Source: Tubiluchus corallicola (taxonomy: Eukaryota; Animalia; Priapulida). Taken from it: DNA of 64,000 nucleotides. Shown here one piece after another: positions 50,531-61,744 of this stretch. Location of the stretch: contig JAQGDQ010000153.1 of the NCBI GenBank assembly GCA_030141605.1, positions 186,001 to 250,000 on the forward strand, in the 5' to 3' direction. Positions within the stretch are counted from its first letter, which is position 1. The number at the start of each line of letters is the position of its first letter. Position numbers and translations under genes: made by a program. A model generated the notes under the pieces. The model saw only the letters and a list, made by a program, of their open reading frames with translations. It was not told where the DNA came from and made no database searches.

Positions 50531-52256
50531 TAAATATAATTAAAAATGTAGGTAAGTTGGTTTGAGCAGTATTCCACATGCCGTGGTGTCACACCGTCTG
50601 ACTGATTTATAACTGTCGCCGCAAATCATTTTCTGGTGTAACAAGAAAGAGAGTAAGTGGTTGCAAGTGGGCCTATCCAGATAATTTAACAATGGCCCCG
50701 TTTCTTTTTCAAAACGACTGTAATGGGGCACCACTTGCGATAAGGGGCGCTTTCGTTATGACACCACAAAAACTTTATTTCGACTAATTTCTGATACATG
50801 CTGACACGAGGGTTCAGTGAATCTTTCCATTTAAGCGTAGTTCACAGGCATGTATTCCAGATAGAAGCAAATGAAACAGTTTTTAATATTACTGATAGAT
50901 TCTTGGTTTAATAAAGTAATACGAACCGAAAACAATTTACTTTAATTCAAAAACAACAGCAAAGTTGTTATAGTTACTATAGTTGTTATAGTTGGTCAAG
51001 TATTAACCAAACGTTTCTAGATAACCTAAACCTAAACCTAAGATAAACAGAAGACTAGTTAGCCCAACCTGGGTGAGGGAGAAGGATGTAAGGTGTGTAT
51101 ACTTATAATATTATCAATTGTAGTAAGTTGTCTTCTACAATGCTTGTCAGGTGTACCAGAGTAGTGTGCGGTCACTTCTCCAATCCTAGTGGAGTGCAGT
51201 GGAGTCCTGACTCGTGGAACTCGTGAAACTACCATTGATACAACGTCTGGTCATTGCCTGGTTGTTTCTGCACCAGATCTCCCCAAATTTCCTTTACATT
51301 CCGTTACAGCAGTACGTCAGATAACGAATAATAGCCAGTTTATTGGTGTTTTCGCCTCGCGGCTTGGACACCTAACCCTTTGGTGTGTCAGTACCATTTA
51401 ATCACTTTCTGTCGCCACAGTGATTAAGTCTTGCCTTCGATTGTTAATAAATGTTCGTCGGAAGCCACATTGGACGACTTCACTGGCTTAGCACGTTCGA
51501 CACACTGTGTTGAACCTGGTTTCAATTTCGAAAACAGGTAAAAGTGGATGACCTTGTCCTTTAACACGACGTTTTATTGGCTAGATAGCCTGTTCTGTTG
51601 AGCGTATAACCAATCACTTGCTTTCTTGGAAAGGAGACCTAGAACAGATATGAGGCGAGATCCTTCCCAGAGCTAACTAGATGTGTGCTCATATATCTAC
51701 AGTCACAACTTTCTTTATTATAGCAGATAAATTCGCTTAATGAGTAATTAACTAATGACTCATTTAATTAACACAAGTAAATAACTAATTTAAGCTATTA
51801 ATGTAGCCTAAGTATGGGATATACACAAAATCATACTAGAATACAAAGTCAGTGATATTACAAAGGGTTGCAATTGCTGCTCGGTGGTTCTTGTATTCCA
51901 GACTCAATTCACGAACGTCACAACGACTGTAAAAAGTATTCAATTTATCAGGTAAGGTGGAGTCGTCTATGCTAACATTTTTTGACTTCGCAATTCGTAA
52001 TTTTATTTAATCCTGCCGAAGTTCTCAAGTGTCATTAGACTGCTCCAATTTATAATTCGGGAGTCTCGTTTTTAAATTTGTGCGATTAAAATCGCCTGCG
52101 ATAATAGAAATCAATCATGGATGCGCATTCTCATGTCTTGTTACGAGAGTTGACGGCGGAACTGGGATTAACTTCCGGCCGGATGTATATTGTTGTTAGT
52201 ATTTGCTGTTTGCTGAATGGCGGGCCTGGTGTGAGAAACTGGCACAGTATTGAAAA

Positions 52257-52320
52257 AACGTGGCAACAGTGTCGAGCGAAATGTGGCAACAGTGCCGAGC
52301 GAAATGTGGCAACAGTGCTG
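52257..52320. repeat. 23-bp tandem repeat, ~2.7 copies
   Basis: AAATGTGGCAACAGTGCCGAGCG unit. Confidence 0.85.
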
Positions 52321-52616
52321 AAGACGAGCAAACTTCATTAGTCACGCGAGAATATTCTGCATTATTGTCTAACGCGCGCCTGAATGCCACTCCCGATTAT
52401 AATGTAACAGCGCAGCCGTGTTCTCAGCTGCCGCAAATGCTGAGCTGCCGAACTCCGCCTTTGTTACTAGTTGTTATTTGTTATTTAAAAGGGGCTGTAC
52501 TTGACAGTAATTGTCTCTAGCTTAGGAGTGTATGTTTTTGAGAGAACTTTAATGTTAAGTACACCAAACTTCATTAACTAACATACATACACACCCCCTT
52601 TTCCTTGTTAACAGCG

Positions 52617-52955
52617 TCAAACAAACGATCTGAACGAAAGAGCGTGAATCCTGGTGGTGTTATAGCTTGATCCAGGCACTGTAGAATCTAACCAAATTTC
52701 TGTGACACTGTAAATGCACCAGTTCCTAAAACCTTGTTGATTGTGCATGCAACACAGCAGTTTATTCATTTTGTTGCGAAGACAACCAATATTCCTTTGA
52801 TACATACTTGGCAATGCTCTTCTACGTAATCTGGCTAACATACCTCCTCTCTGACATCTTTTCCGTTGTTGTTGAGCACCCGAATGGAATCGCCTCTGAT
52901 TATGATCCTTGATGATCTTGTTATCAGATTTAGTTGACACGGACTTATTTGACAC
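52617..52955 (-). mobile_element. LINE endonuclease N-terminal fragment
   Basis: RGGMLARLRRRALPS...NIGCLRNKMNKL...CIYSVTEIWLDSTVP resembles the start of CR1/L2/Rex-type ORF2 (LPS...N.RSL.NK.DEL...TETWL). Confidence 0.7.
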
Positions 52956-53639
52956 GTATGGAATGTCACCACATAAATCTCTGGTGCGGAAAAGATCCTC
53001 TTTGTTGGCGTAGGTAGCTGATGACTAAATGATAATTAATGAAATAAAACTGAATATAATAACTTCACGTAATTTTTTTTTGCCATGTACAGGCATCATC
53101 TAGAAAATTTGGAATTGCGGCGAAATAAACCTCTTTATAGAGTAACTACGCAAAGTGAGAATCCGAAAAACTTGATTATTCTGGTCAGTTAATGACTGTC
53201 TCAAGTAAATCTAAAACTTAGCCTAAAACTAAAAACTTAGCTTAAACTAAAATCAAATGCCTAGCCTGTGAAACTCACTTAAAGGGACAAGAATGGAAAC
53301 TCACCTACATGCTGGCTTTGTGCAGACAGAGAGAGGAAAATTTTCTGGGACATTAAATTTTTAAAATAGCTTTTTTCGTTTTTATTTATTTTTATTTACA
53401 TAATACATCTACGGACAGAAGTCAAGAGACTTACATGTCCATTAAAAACATCGTAAAATATATCAACAATGTATAGAAAGTAAAGTTACAGCTAAAAGTA
53501 CAGAATACATGGTACATGGTTAGTACAATATAAACACACAAGTATGTGCAAATAAATCGAAAGTGCAGGTAAAAATACGAATTTGATTAGCACGATAATT
53601 ATGATAAAAATTTACATCATGCATCATTTATCAAATCAC

Positions 53640-54445
53640 ACATTTTCTAGTAAATATTTTTTTAAAAGTTTTTTAAATTTATTTGTATTACTGGCTTGTT
53701 TTATTTCACTGGGTAAATTATTCCACATACAGAACCATTACATATTACAGAATGTTTCATAACATTTATTCTGCACTTGGGAATATGGAATTTGTGGTAT
53801 TGTCGACTTTGGTATGAATACATACTGTTATTATAACTGAAAAAATGGTGATACACTTTAAGCAAAAGATTACTAACATATTTGTATATGAACAGGTTAG
53901 TTTGTTATCGACTACCTTGGGCATTGTCAGTATTTTTAAATTTTTGAAGAGATTATCCGTGTTAGCTCTGTAATGCGAGTGCGTCATTAGACTTTTACTA
54001 TTTTTTCTAAGGTAACTGCATACGTATTACCCCATACAATACTGCAATAATCAAAGTAAGGATATGCAAACGTATGATGCAGCTGTTAACAATTAGTTAA
54101 ATCTAAAATTTTGCAATATTTTTTGAAAATTCCAACTACTTTACAAAGTTTTCAGCAAATATGGTTGATGTGTTTGTTTCATGATAAAATCTCATCCAAA
54201 ATAATACCTATAAATTTAACTTTTTTAACATGACTGATAAAAGCACCATCGACTTGAATCTGACAGTTCTCTCTAAGATATCATTTGTTTTTTTGCAGTA
54301 AAAATTATAAAATTTGTCTTTTTTACATTTAAACAATTTAGTAGCCTTAAACCTCTCCGATTTTTAACTTTTGTTCCTGATTAACAATTTCACAAAGAGA
54401 ATAAACATTTTTATCAGATAAGATGAAACTAGCGTCATCAGAAAC
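53640..54445 (-). mobile_element. Degraded LINE RT C-terminal fragment (CR1/L2 group)
   Basis: Broken frames with SDDASF, GIILDEILS, YPYFDYCSIVWGNT, HSHYRANTDNLFKNLKIL and NNLPSEIKQASNTNKFKKLLKKYL. Confidence 0.78.
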
Positions 54446-54755
54446 AGAAACGAGCGTAATTAAATAATCTCTTTTAACGGTTTGTCGCTTTTATCCGAAT
54501 TAGTGATGACGATGTTTGTTAATTTTTTAACTAACGATAGCATACTCCCTTCGCCTCATTGACTCACCGTTAATACCATGTGGATGAAGTCGTAATACTA
54601 ATTTTCTTAAGAACATGAATATACCAGAAGTAGTAAATACGTATGATTTCCAATTTCAACCTGTGATTATTAAGCTTTTTTAGGTAACTGGAAACATAGC
54701 AGCAAGAAAAACAACCTTATTCTATTCGCTGCTCTACTCATCGATGATAAAGAAG

Positions 54756-55847
54756 CTATTGCTGCTGATGTTCATTTTTCTTAGAGCATTTTAAGATAGT
54801 CAGAAACGCTTTGCGAAAATCCAGATTTCTGCTCGCATAGACAATCGGGTTAATCGCCGATCCTGCATACCTAAAAGTGGTAGCTGCGTCTAGAAACATT
54901 GGATTTAGGGGGTAAGGGTAAGTACAGAACCGTGATGTAACAAGAGTTATTAATAAGAACATGAACCACGATACGAAGAATCCAATCAAGATGATACCCA
55001 CGGTCATAGTAGCCTTGTGCTGTTTCATTGTTGTAACGCTGTGAAGTTCTGAAACATGTGCGTCATTTGTTGTCACACTGTTGCAGGATTGCAAAACTTC
55101 ATGGGCGACATTTGTTGACATCTGAGACTTTGAAGATTCCGGTGCTACACCGTGTCGTTTCCTGGCTTTATTTGCTTCTTGCCAGATGCGAATATAAGCA
55201 GCAAATAATACAAACCCAGGTATTATGTTGAATATTAGCATACAGGTGCAATACGATACCTCGGTGTCCCACATGATGCATAGTGTGCTATATTTTATCC
55301 ACGTTGGTAGCAAAGTAGATGCAGTTAATAGTAAGGGAATAAACCATGCGAGGGCGATTACAAACTTTACATGTGTATCAGACATCCACTTGCTATAATG
55401 CAGGGGATACATAATAGCAATGTACCTTTCAGTGGCAATGGCATACAAGTGCACCAGACTACAGTTTCCAATATGAATATCTGCCAAGAAGAACAGCACG
55501 CATAAAACTCCATTGTCCAAGAAGTCTTGCAACACGTGCATATTTCCCTGGACAATGTGCCACATATGATAACTTCTCATTGTGCACATAATGACAAGGA
55601 ATACTCCATAGATAAGATCTGCTGCAGCAAGTGAAGACAGCAGCCAGTTACCGAACTTTCTATTGAGTGAGGCAAACTTCTTAACAGAAAAGATGACCAG
55701 CACGTTACCACTGATGATGATTACACTCAGAGTATAGTTCAAGACTAGATAGACGCAGAAGCTGGTTATAGGGTGATTTCCTCCTTCAAATGTAACGTTT
55801 ACAACAGTGGTCATGCTTTTCTCATCGGCGGTCATTGCTTGATGCAT
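54756..55847 (-). CDS. Intronless class A GPCR, amine-receptor-like (paralog A)
   Basis: 363 aa with GN(1.50), LAAAD(2.50), D3.32, ERY...YPLHY, W4.50 and NPIVY...DFRKAF. Confidence 0.92.
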   Translation of the reverse strand: MHQAMTADEKSMTTVVNVTFEGGNHPITSFCVYLVLNYTLSVIIISGNVLVIFSVKKFASLNRKFGNWLLSSLAAADLIYGVFLVIMCTMRSYHMWHIVQGNMHVLQDFLDNGVLCVLFFLADIHIGNCSLVHLYAIATERYIAIMYPLHYSKWMSDTHVKFVIALAWFIPLLLTASTLLPTWIKYSTLCIMWDTEVSYCTCMLIFNIIPGFVLFAAYIRIWQEANKARKRHGVAPESSKSQMSTNVAHEVLQSCNSVTTNDAHVSELHSVTTMKQHKATMTVGIILIGFFVSWFMFLLITLVTSRFCTYPYPLNPMFLDAATTFRYAGSAINPIVYASRNLDFRKAFLTILKCSKKNEHQQQ

Positions 55848-56866
55848 TTAGTAAGCAAACCTGTTAGTATATAGCAGTTTCGGCAACTCTTTTCACTTAT
55901 GTCTCATGTCAGTTTGAAAAAGTGTGAATTACGTAAACTGTTAAAGACGTGCAGAGGTTGTATTCTTTACGCATGCACAACAAACACATTTTACAATAAA
56001 ATCCAAAAGACTTTTACATTTAAGGCTTTCGTTTATATCTATAGACAATGTGTTTATACCTATTAAAGCCTTGCGGGACTTAATGCAGAACCTTTTAGCT
56101 CAAGTCAAAAAACAAAAGCAAAACAAAATTTTATCTTCTTTAAAGATTTCTTTAGTATGCTTCTGCAGAAAAATCAGTGAAATAGCAGCTGCATGCAGAT
56201 CCCTTTTAAGATTGTCTATGATTTTTTTTTGTGCACGGTCAGCTTGTTACTCAACAAACTGCTGTTTTATACAAGATGAGCTTGCGATTGCTTTATACTT
56301 TTTTTTATTTATATATGTGTGTCAATCCATGTGCGAGGCATAACATGAAAATCACAAAACTTGCATGGTAAACACCTGTGAAAATGATATAGGAAAGGTG
56401 ACCTCTGGGTCAATGGTTACAGGACCCAAAATGAGAAAAATAGAACGAATGCCTTTATGACTCAGCTCCTCTTACAGTACTGGTCTAGCAGCCTATGCTT
56501 TTGCATGTATAGAAGCTAATACTAGATGTGCACCAAGTATTTGTATGAAAATGGGGGAGGCGTGGCCAGGTAATGTGACGTGGCAAAAGTGTTAAAAGAG
56601 GATTTTGTCAATAACTGGAAAAGTAAACAAGCTGGAGAAACGAAATTTCAAGGCTCGTACCTGGGGTCCGGGTTCACACAGCGGAATGCTGATCGATGGC
56701 CTTAGATGAAAGGATCAAGGACAGTAGATATATATCAGTTTTTTGTTAGGTTCTATGTTCTCCTACAGACTTTGAACTAGATCCACAGTTTTTGGTATGT
56801 GGATAGATTTTCCCAGCTTCTTATGCAAGATTGGGTATTAGGCATTTGGATAGGGAGAAATTTTTA

Positions 56867-57100
56867 GGATCGAGGCGACAAATGCCTTCAATTGTCGACC
56901 GAAACTAGCTTATGGCATATCAAATTAAAGGTCTTAAAGAAATGAATTGAATGGCTATTTGGGAGCAAAACAGGGATCGAGGGCGACAAATGTCTTCCAT
57001 TGTCGACCGAAACTAGCTTATAGCATATCAAATTAAAGGTCTTAACGAGATGAATTGTATGGTCATTTGGGGGCAAAATAGGGATCGAGGCGACAAATGC
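56867..57100. repeat. ~107-bp tandem repeat, ~2.2 copies
   Basis: Unit begins GGATCGAGGCGACAAATG at about 56867, 56974 and 57082. Confidence 0.88.
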
Positions 57101-58129
57101 ATTCCAAGGTCATCCCCAACAATAAGAACAATACATAGACAAACAGCGAACAAACTAAAACTGCCCTCATTTGTTTAACAGGCTAAACTTGCTAAAACAG
57201 TTGGTATAACAACTGGCAAGCTTTGAGTTATGTGACATACTGACATCAAGATCAAAGTGTTATTACCGGATGGTGAAGCCACAGCTCAACTGGTCTGGTA
57301 GATCAACTTTCTTCTGTAAAGTTCAAAGATGCATCTTTCTGTTCTCATAGGCGATGCCTTGTAATGACATGAGATGACAATAATTTTTTCACAGCAACAA
57401 TTTGCACAGCAGGTATGCCCATCTGATTTAATTTCACTCCATGTCTAACTCCAAAGCAATCCAATACCATGAAAAAGTGCCAGTCAACTGCTACTGTATA
57501 TATTAGGTACTGCAACAACATTTCAGCCTATCTGGCGCCTTTTGGCATTTGTTTTGAGGCTTTACGGCGATGTTGCAATTGCTTACCGATTACGAGTTAT
57601 TATCTTTGGACTTGAATTTATTATCCAACCCAATCAGTTTATTTCCACTGTTGATTTAATAGTATGGTTCCATTTTTCGTTCAGGAGATATAGAAATTGG
57701 TTATATATTTCTTGTTGATCTTGGATTTATCAGTTTGAGAGAAAAAGCTCAGTACGAAGTCCTGTAGGCGTGTGGCAGTACTTTAAAAATTACTGGAAAA
57801 TTTATCCTCACCTGATGTCCGTTAGAATGTTATTTGTCCTTGGTATAAAATCAATAATTTTCCGTAGAAAGGCGGTGTTCCTATATCTTAATTGGTCTTT
57901 GCGCTCCGTCAACCAAACCGTTATAATAACAGTAGTCGTTGCGGTATTTTTCAAACCATAATGTTACAAATGCGAATAGGTGACAAGTGACAACTCTGTT
58001 ATTGAATTGCTGCTTTGCAAAATCTAGCTTCTTTAATGCATGTTCTTCTAAATGGCCTATAAGTCAGACTTTTCTTTGTGTGTGCTGATGAATAAGTTAG
58101 TTAAATACCTTACGCTAAGCATCGGTAGG

Positions 58130-59173
58130 CTAGCCGTGGCGCGTCGCGACGGTGTTTTTCATCTCAGAAACTTGTGTCAACTTTCCAAAGCTCGACTGAT
58201 ATTCATTTTTCTTAGAACATTTTAGAATGTACAGAAATGCTTTTCGAAAATCCGAGTGTCTGCTTGCGTAGACGATGGGATTAGTAGCAGATCCTGCATA
58301 CCTAAGTGTCGCAATAACGTTTACGAAGTACTTGGGCATGCAAACGCAAGTGCAGAACTTTGACCAAATCACAACCACCATGTAGAACAGGAACCAAGAA
58401 ACGAAGAAACACACCATTATGATACCCACTGTTTTTGTCGCCTTGTGTTGGTTGACTGCCGTAGCAGTTGGCATCTTATGAGTGTCTGGAAATGCTGGTG
58501 TAATTTTGTGACTTCCAGATGAAGCTTTGACGGCCACGCACCATATGTGTAAATATGCAGCAAATAATATAAGTCCTGAGATGATGTTGAATATTAACAC
58601 ACATACACAGTAGGACAATTCTCGATCCCATATGACACATAATGTTCCGTACTTTATCCACGCAGACATAGATGTGCTTGCAGTTAGTAACAAAGGAATT
58701 ACCCAGGCGATCGCAATGATAGACTTCACGTGGTTGTCCGACATCCATTTACCATAATGCAAAGGATATATAATGGCAACATATCTTTCAGCAGCAATGG
58801 CGTACAAATGTACCAGACTAATGTTTCCAATGTGAGTGTCGCTTAAGAAAAACAATGTGCATAGGATGCCATTATTGAAGAAATTTTGCAGCACCTGCAT
58901 GTTTCCCTGAATCATGTGCCACGAATGGTAACCTGTTAATGCACTTTGGACGACAACGAACAGACCATATATAAAGTCTGCCATAGCAAGTGAAGATAGT
59001 AGCCAGTTACGGGAATGTCTGTTGAGCGAGGTAATTTTTTTCACGGAGATAATGACAAGACAGTTGCCAATGATGATAACCAAACTTAAAATGCAAAAAA
59101 TTACAAAGTAAATGTACGTAGTTATTATGTGAGGATGATCTGACATTGTGATGTTTGGTCTTGAATCATCCAT
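58130..59173 (-). CDS. Intronless class A GPCR, amine-receptor-like (paralog B)
   Basis: 347 aa, collinear with the 54756-55847 ORF (NWLLSSLA.AD, SLVHLYAIA.ERY, RYAGSA.NPIVYASR, LKCSKKNE). Confidence 0.92.
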   Translation of the reverse strand: MDDSRPNITMSDHPHIITTYIYFVIFCILSLVIIIGNCLVIISVKKITSLNRHSRNWLLSSLAMADFIYGLFVVVQSALTGYHSWHMIQGNMQVLQNFFNNGILCTLFFLSDTHIGNISLVHLYAIAAERYVAIIYPLHYGKWMSDNHVKSIIAIAWVIPLLLTASTSMSAWIKYGTLCVIWDRELSYCVCVLIFNIISGLILFAAYLHIWCVAVKASSGSHKITPAFPDTHKMPTATAVNQHKATKTVGIIMVCFFVSWFLFYMVVVIWSKFCTCVCMPKYFVNVIATLRYAGSATNPIVYASRHSDFRKAFLYILKCSKKNEYQSSFGKLTQVSEMKNTVATRHG

Positions 59174-61608
59174 TAATTTGTGTCTAATGTTCCATTAGCT
59201 ACGTATTTGTTAACTCTTCTAATGTTCACATTATTCCGCTGAACACTACCAAAACTTCATCGTTAGATATGTCCATAGATCATACAGAATGTCTTTATGT
59301 ATAAGTGAAAGTCTACAATCACCTGTCAGACCGTAAGACGTAATGGTCACACCTGCGCGGTCATGGTACGCCTAATGACACGGAGTGAATCAAATGCGAT
59401 ATAAATTTCATTACTTATAAAACTTACTTATATCCTACATCACTATGGTATTACACGGTACACTATGGATTATTGCATTCGCACAGAGACAAAGTTCAAT
59501 CTGGCTTCCTTTAGACACATTGCGCATTATACACGATGTGCATATCAAGTTGCTGAAGCCTGTTCATTTATAGCTAACTGCAACATTGTATTTGTACTTA
59601 TTACTGCGAAGTTTGCCAACTGTAAATTGATTTAGTGTTACAAGTATTATTTATTGGCAAATAATGTCAAATGGGCTTGGATTATTACCAAAATGCATAC
59701 ATTCATTTCTATTTGCTTTACGTTAGGTCTGTTATGAGTGATAAGTATTGTGTATAAATATAGCCGAGCAACTATAAAAGGTGAAATTTTAATGAAATGT
59801 TTTATGATCAAAATTACGAAATATGACCATTATTTACTTTGGATCAGGTGGGCAATTCCTGTACTCAAGGAAAATGGTCCCGAAATTAGCAAAAAGCTTG
59901 GTTCAGATCTTTTAAACAACGCAAACCGTGTGTTATTCTGGTGTAATGCCTGGCTAGCTATAACTGCTCAGAAGTAGGTCTCGGTTTGAGTCCAAGAGGA
60001 CGTGTAAAATTTTTCAGATTTTTAATATCGTATTGCTTTCGTGCGAAGCAATGCGTAAGTGTTTAGGTCCATCGCACGCAAATTTTATAGTGATAAAACG
60101 TCGTGCATAATGTTGTGCACAGTATTAAAGCCTCAAAATTAAAAGATATAATGTATATAATAGAAACAATTTAGTGCTGGCAATTTTTACCTGCTAATTA
60201 TCCGAAACACCTTTCCATAGTTAATCACAATTCAATAAACAATAGACAGATGAGAGATTTTGTATCTTGTGTTAGAATTAATCTGAAAGTTATGGCGCTT
60301 TTCTGTTTTATGTTACGTGGTTATACCGTGGAATGCTCTAAATGTTGATGTCAGAAATAGTAAAAATGCAAAAAATTTAAAAGATGGTTAAAGACTATGA
60401 TTAAAGGGTATGTTTCTTTGTGTTATATATTATTCAAAACCTAATCCATCTGCTGAAGTTTATTTTTTATAAAAGTTGCTACTGAATGTTTTTAAAATAC
60501 TCGATATTGTTTTAATTTCTTTTAATGTGCTTGATTCCAAGCTTACTCTCCCTTGCCTTCTCCCCTAATTTGATTTTAATTTTAATCCGGCCAATATTTA
60601 TTTTTAGTTCATTGTACTTTTTGTAAAAATTTATGGCGGTCAAATATGTTGTAAATGAAATGAATGGATAAAATCATGTCTAAACAAATAACCGTAAATC
60701 GATTTTTTTAAAAAGTTATTGATTTCGCTCTGAAAAAGTGAAAATACTTTATAATTATTATTTTTACTTGTGCAATACTATTTCGCATTCTTTCAGCAAC
60801 AAACTGAGTAAAGAAAACTCTTCAAAGGCAAGGAAGGTACGTTACTACACATTTATTACCACTTACACGTTAGGAAAACACAGTCACTTTAAAATTGCTT
60901 TAAATTTTGTAACAGTACTCATTAGCCGGATTCTACATCTCATAGAAAGAACGGTTTAAAGTATGTATACCTTTACATTCATTTATTACAACAGTTGATA
61001 AGCTAAAAATAGACGAAGAAAAATTATTGTCAAAATGGGATTTTATAACCAGTTTTACTTTGTTAAGTGAACCAGTCAGTAGATGGAGCCACAATATAGC
61101 TGACGGCAGGCTGTTTACTGTTGTGATGTTGGGTGATTTCGCTGATTGAGAATTTACAGCAAAACATTATAATAGTTGGCCTAAGTATTAACAAAATTAT
61201 GTTCCCAATTTGTTATTAAGTGTGAGAATTTTCACTAGTGGTGTAAGGGGGTGAATTGCTGATGATGGAATACAAAATTGTTATTATAGGCCTAACGTCT
61301 TTCACTGAGGCACTTACCAGTTAGCCTGCAATATTGGAAATAATAATTAATTTATTAATAATTAATTTCATTTAAGTAATAAAAATACAATAAAAAACAT
61401 AACATAATTAAAAAAATGTACATTAATACGTACATTAGTTATTATAAAAGCAATTTAGAATAATATTTGATAAGAATTCATTGTCCATATAGAAATTTAT
61501 ATTCCAAATATTACAGTTGAAATTCACTCAAGAAGACAAGAGTCGAAACATGTGCGACGAGGAGACTTTTCATCACATATTTTAAATCGTAGTTATAAAA
61601 TTAAGTAA

Positions 61609-61744
61609 TGTGTTTGTTTTGTTTTTGGGTTTGTTTGTTTGTTTTTTGGGGTGTTGTTGTGGTGTTTGGTTTTGGTTGTGGTGTTGTGGTTTTGTGGTTG
61701 GTGGTTGGGGTGGGTGGGTGTTTTTGTGTGTTTGTGTTTGGTGT
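61609..61744. repeat. 136-nt aperiodic G/T-only tract
   Basis: No A or C on the + strand across the interval. Confidence 0.9.

Noticed and set aside
50580-51710. Possible solo LTR or PBS-like TGGTGTCA
   Set aside because: No second LTR, TSD or coding remnant could be confirmed.
52257-52320. CRISPR-like short repeats (also the 107-bp repeats at 56867-57100)
   Set aside because: Head-to-tail tandem units with no unique spacers, in a eukaryotic context with no cas genes.
59935-60002. tRNA-like segment with B-box-like GGTTTGAGTCC
   Set aside because: Cannot be folded into a cloverleaf; at most a decayed SINE head.
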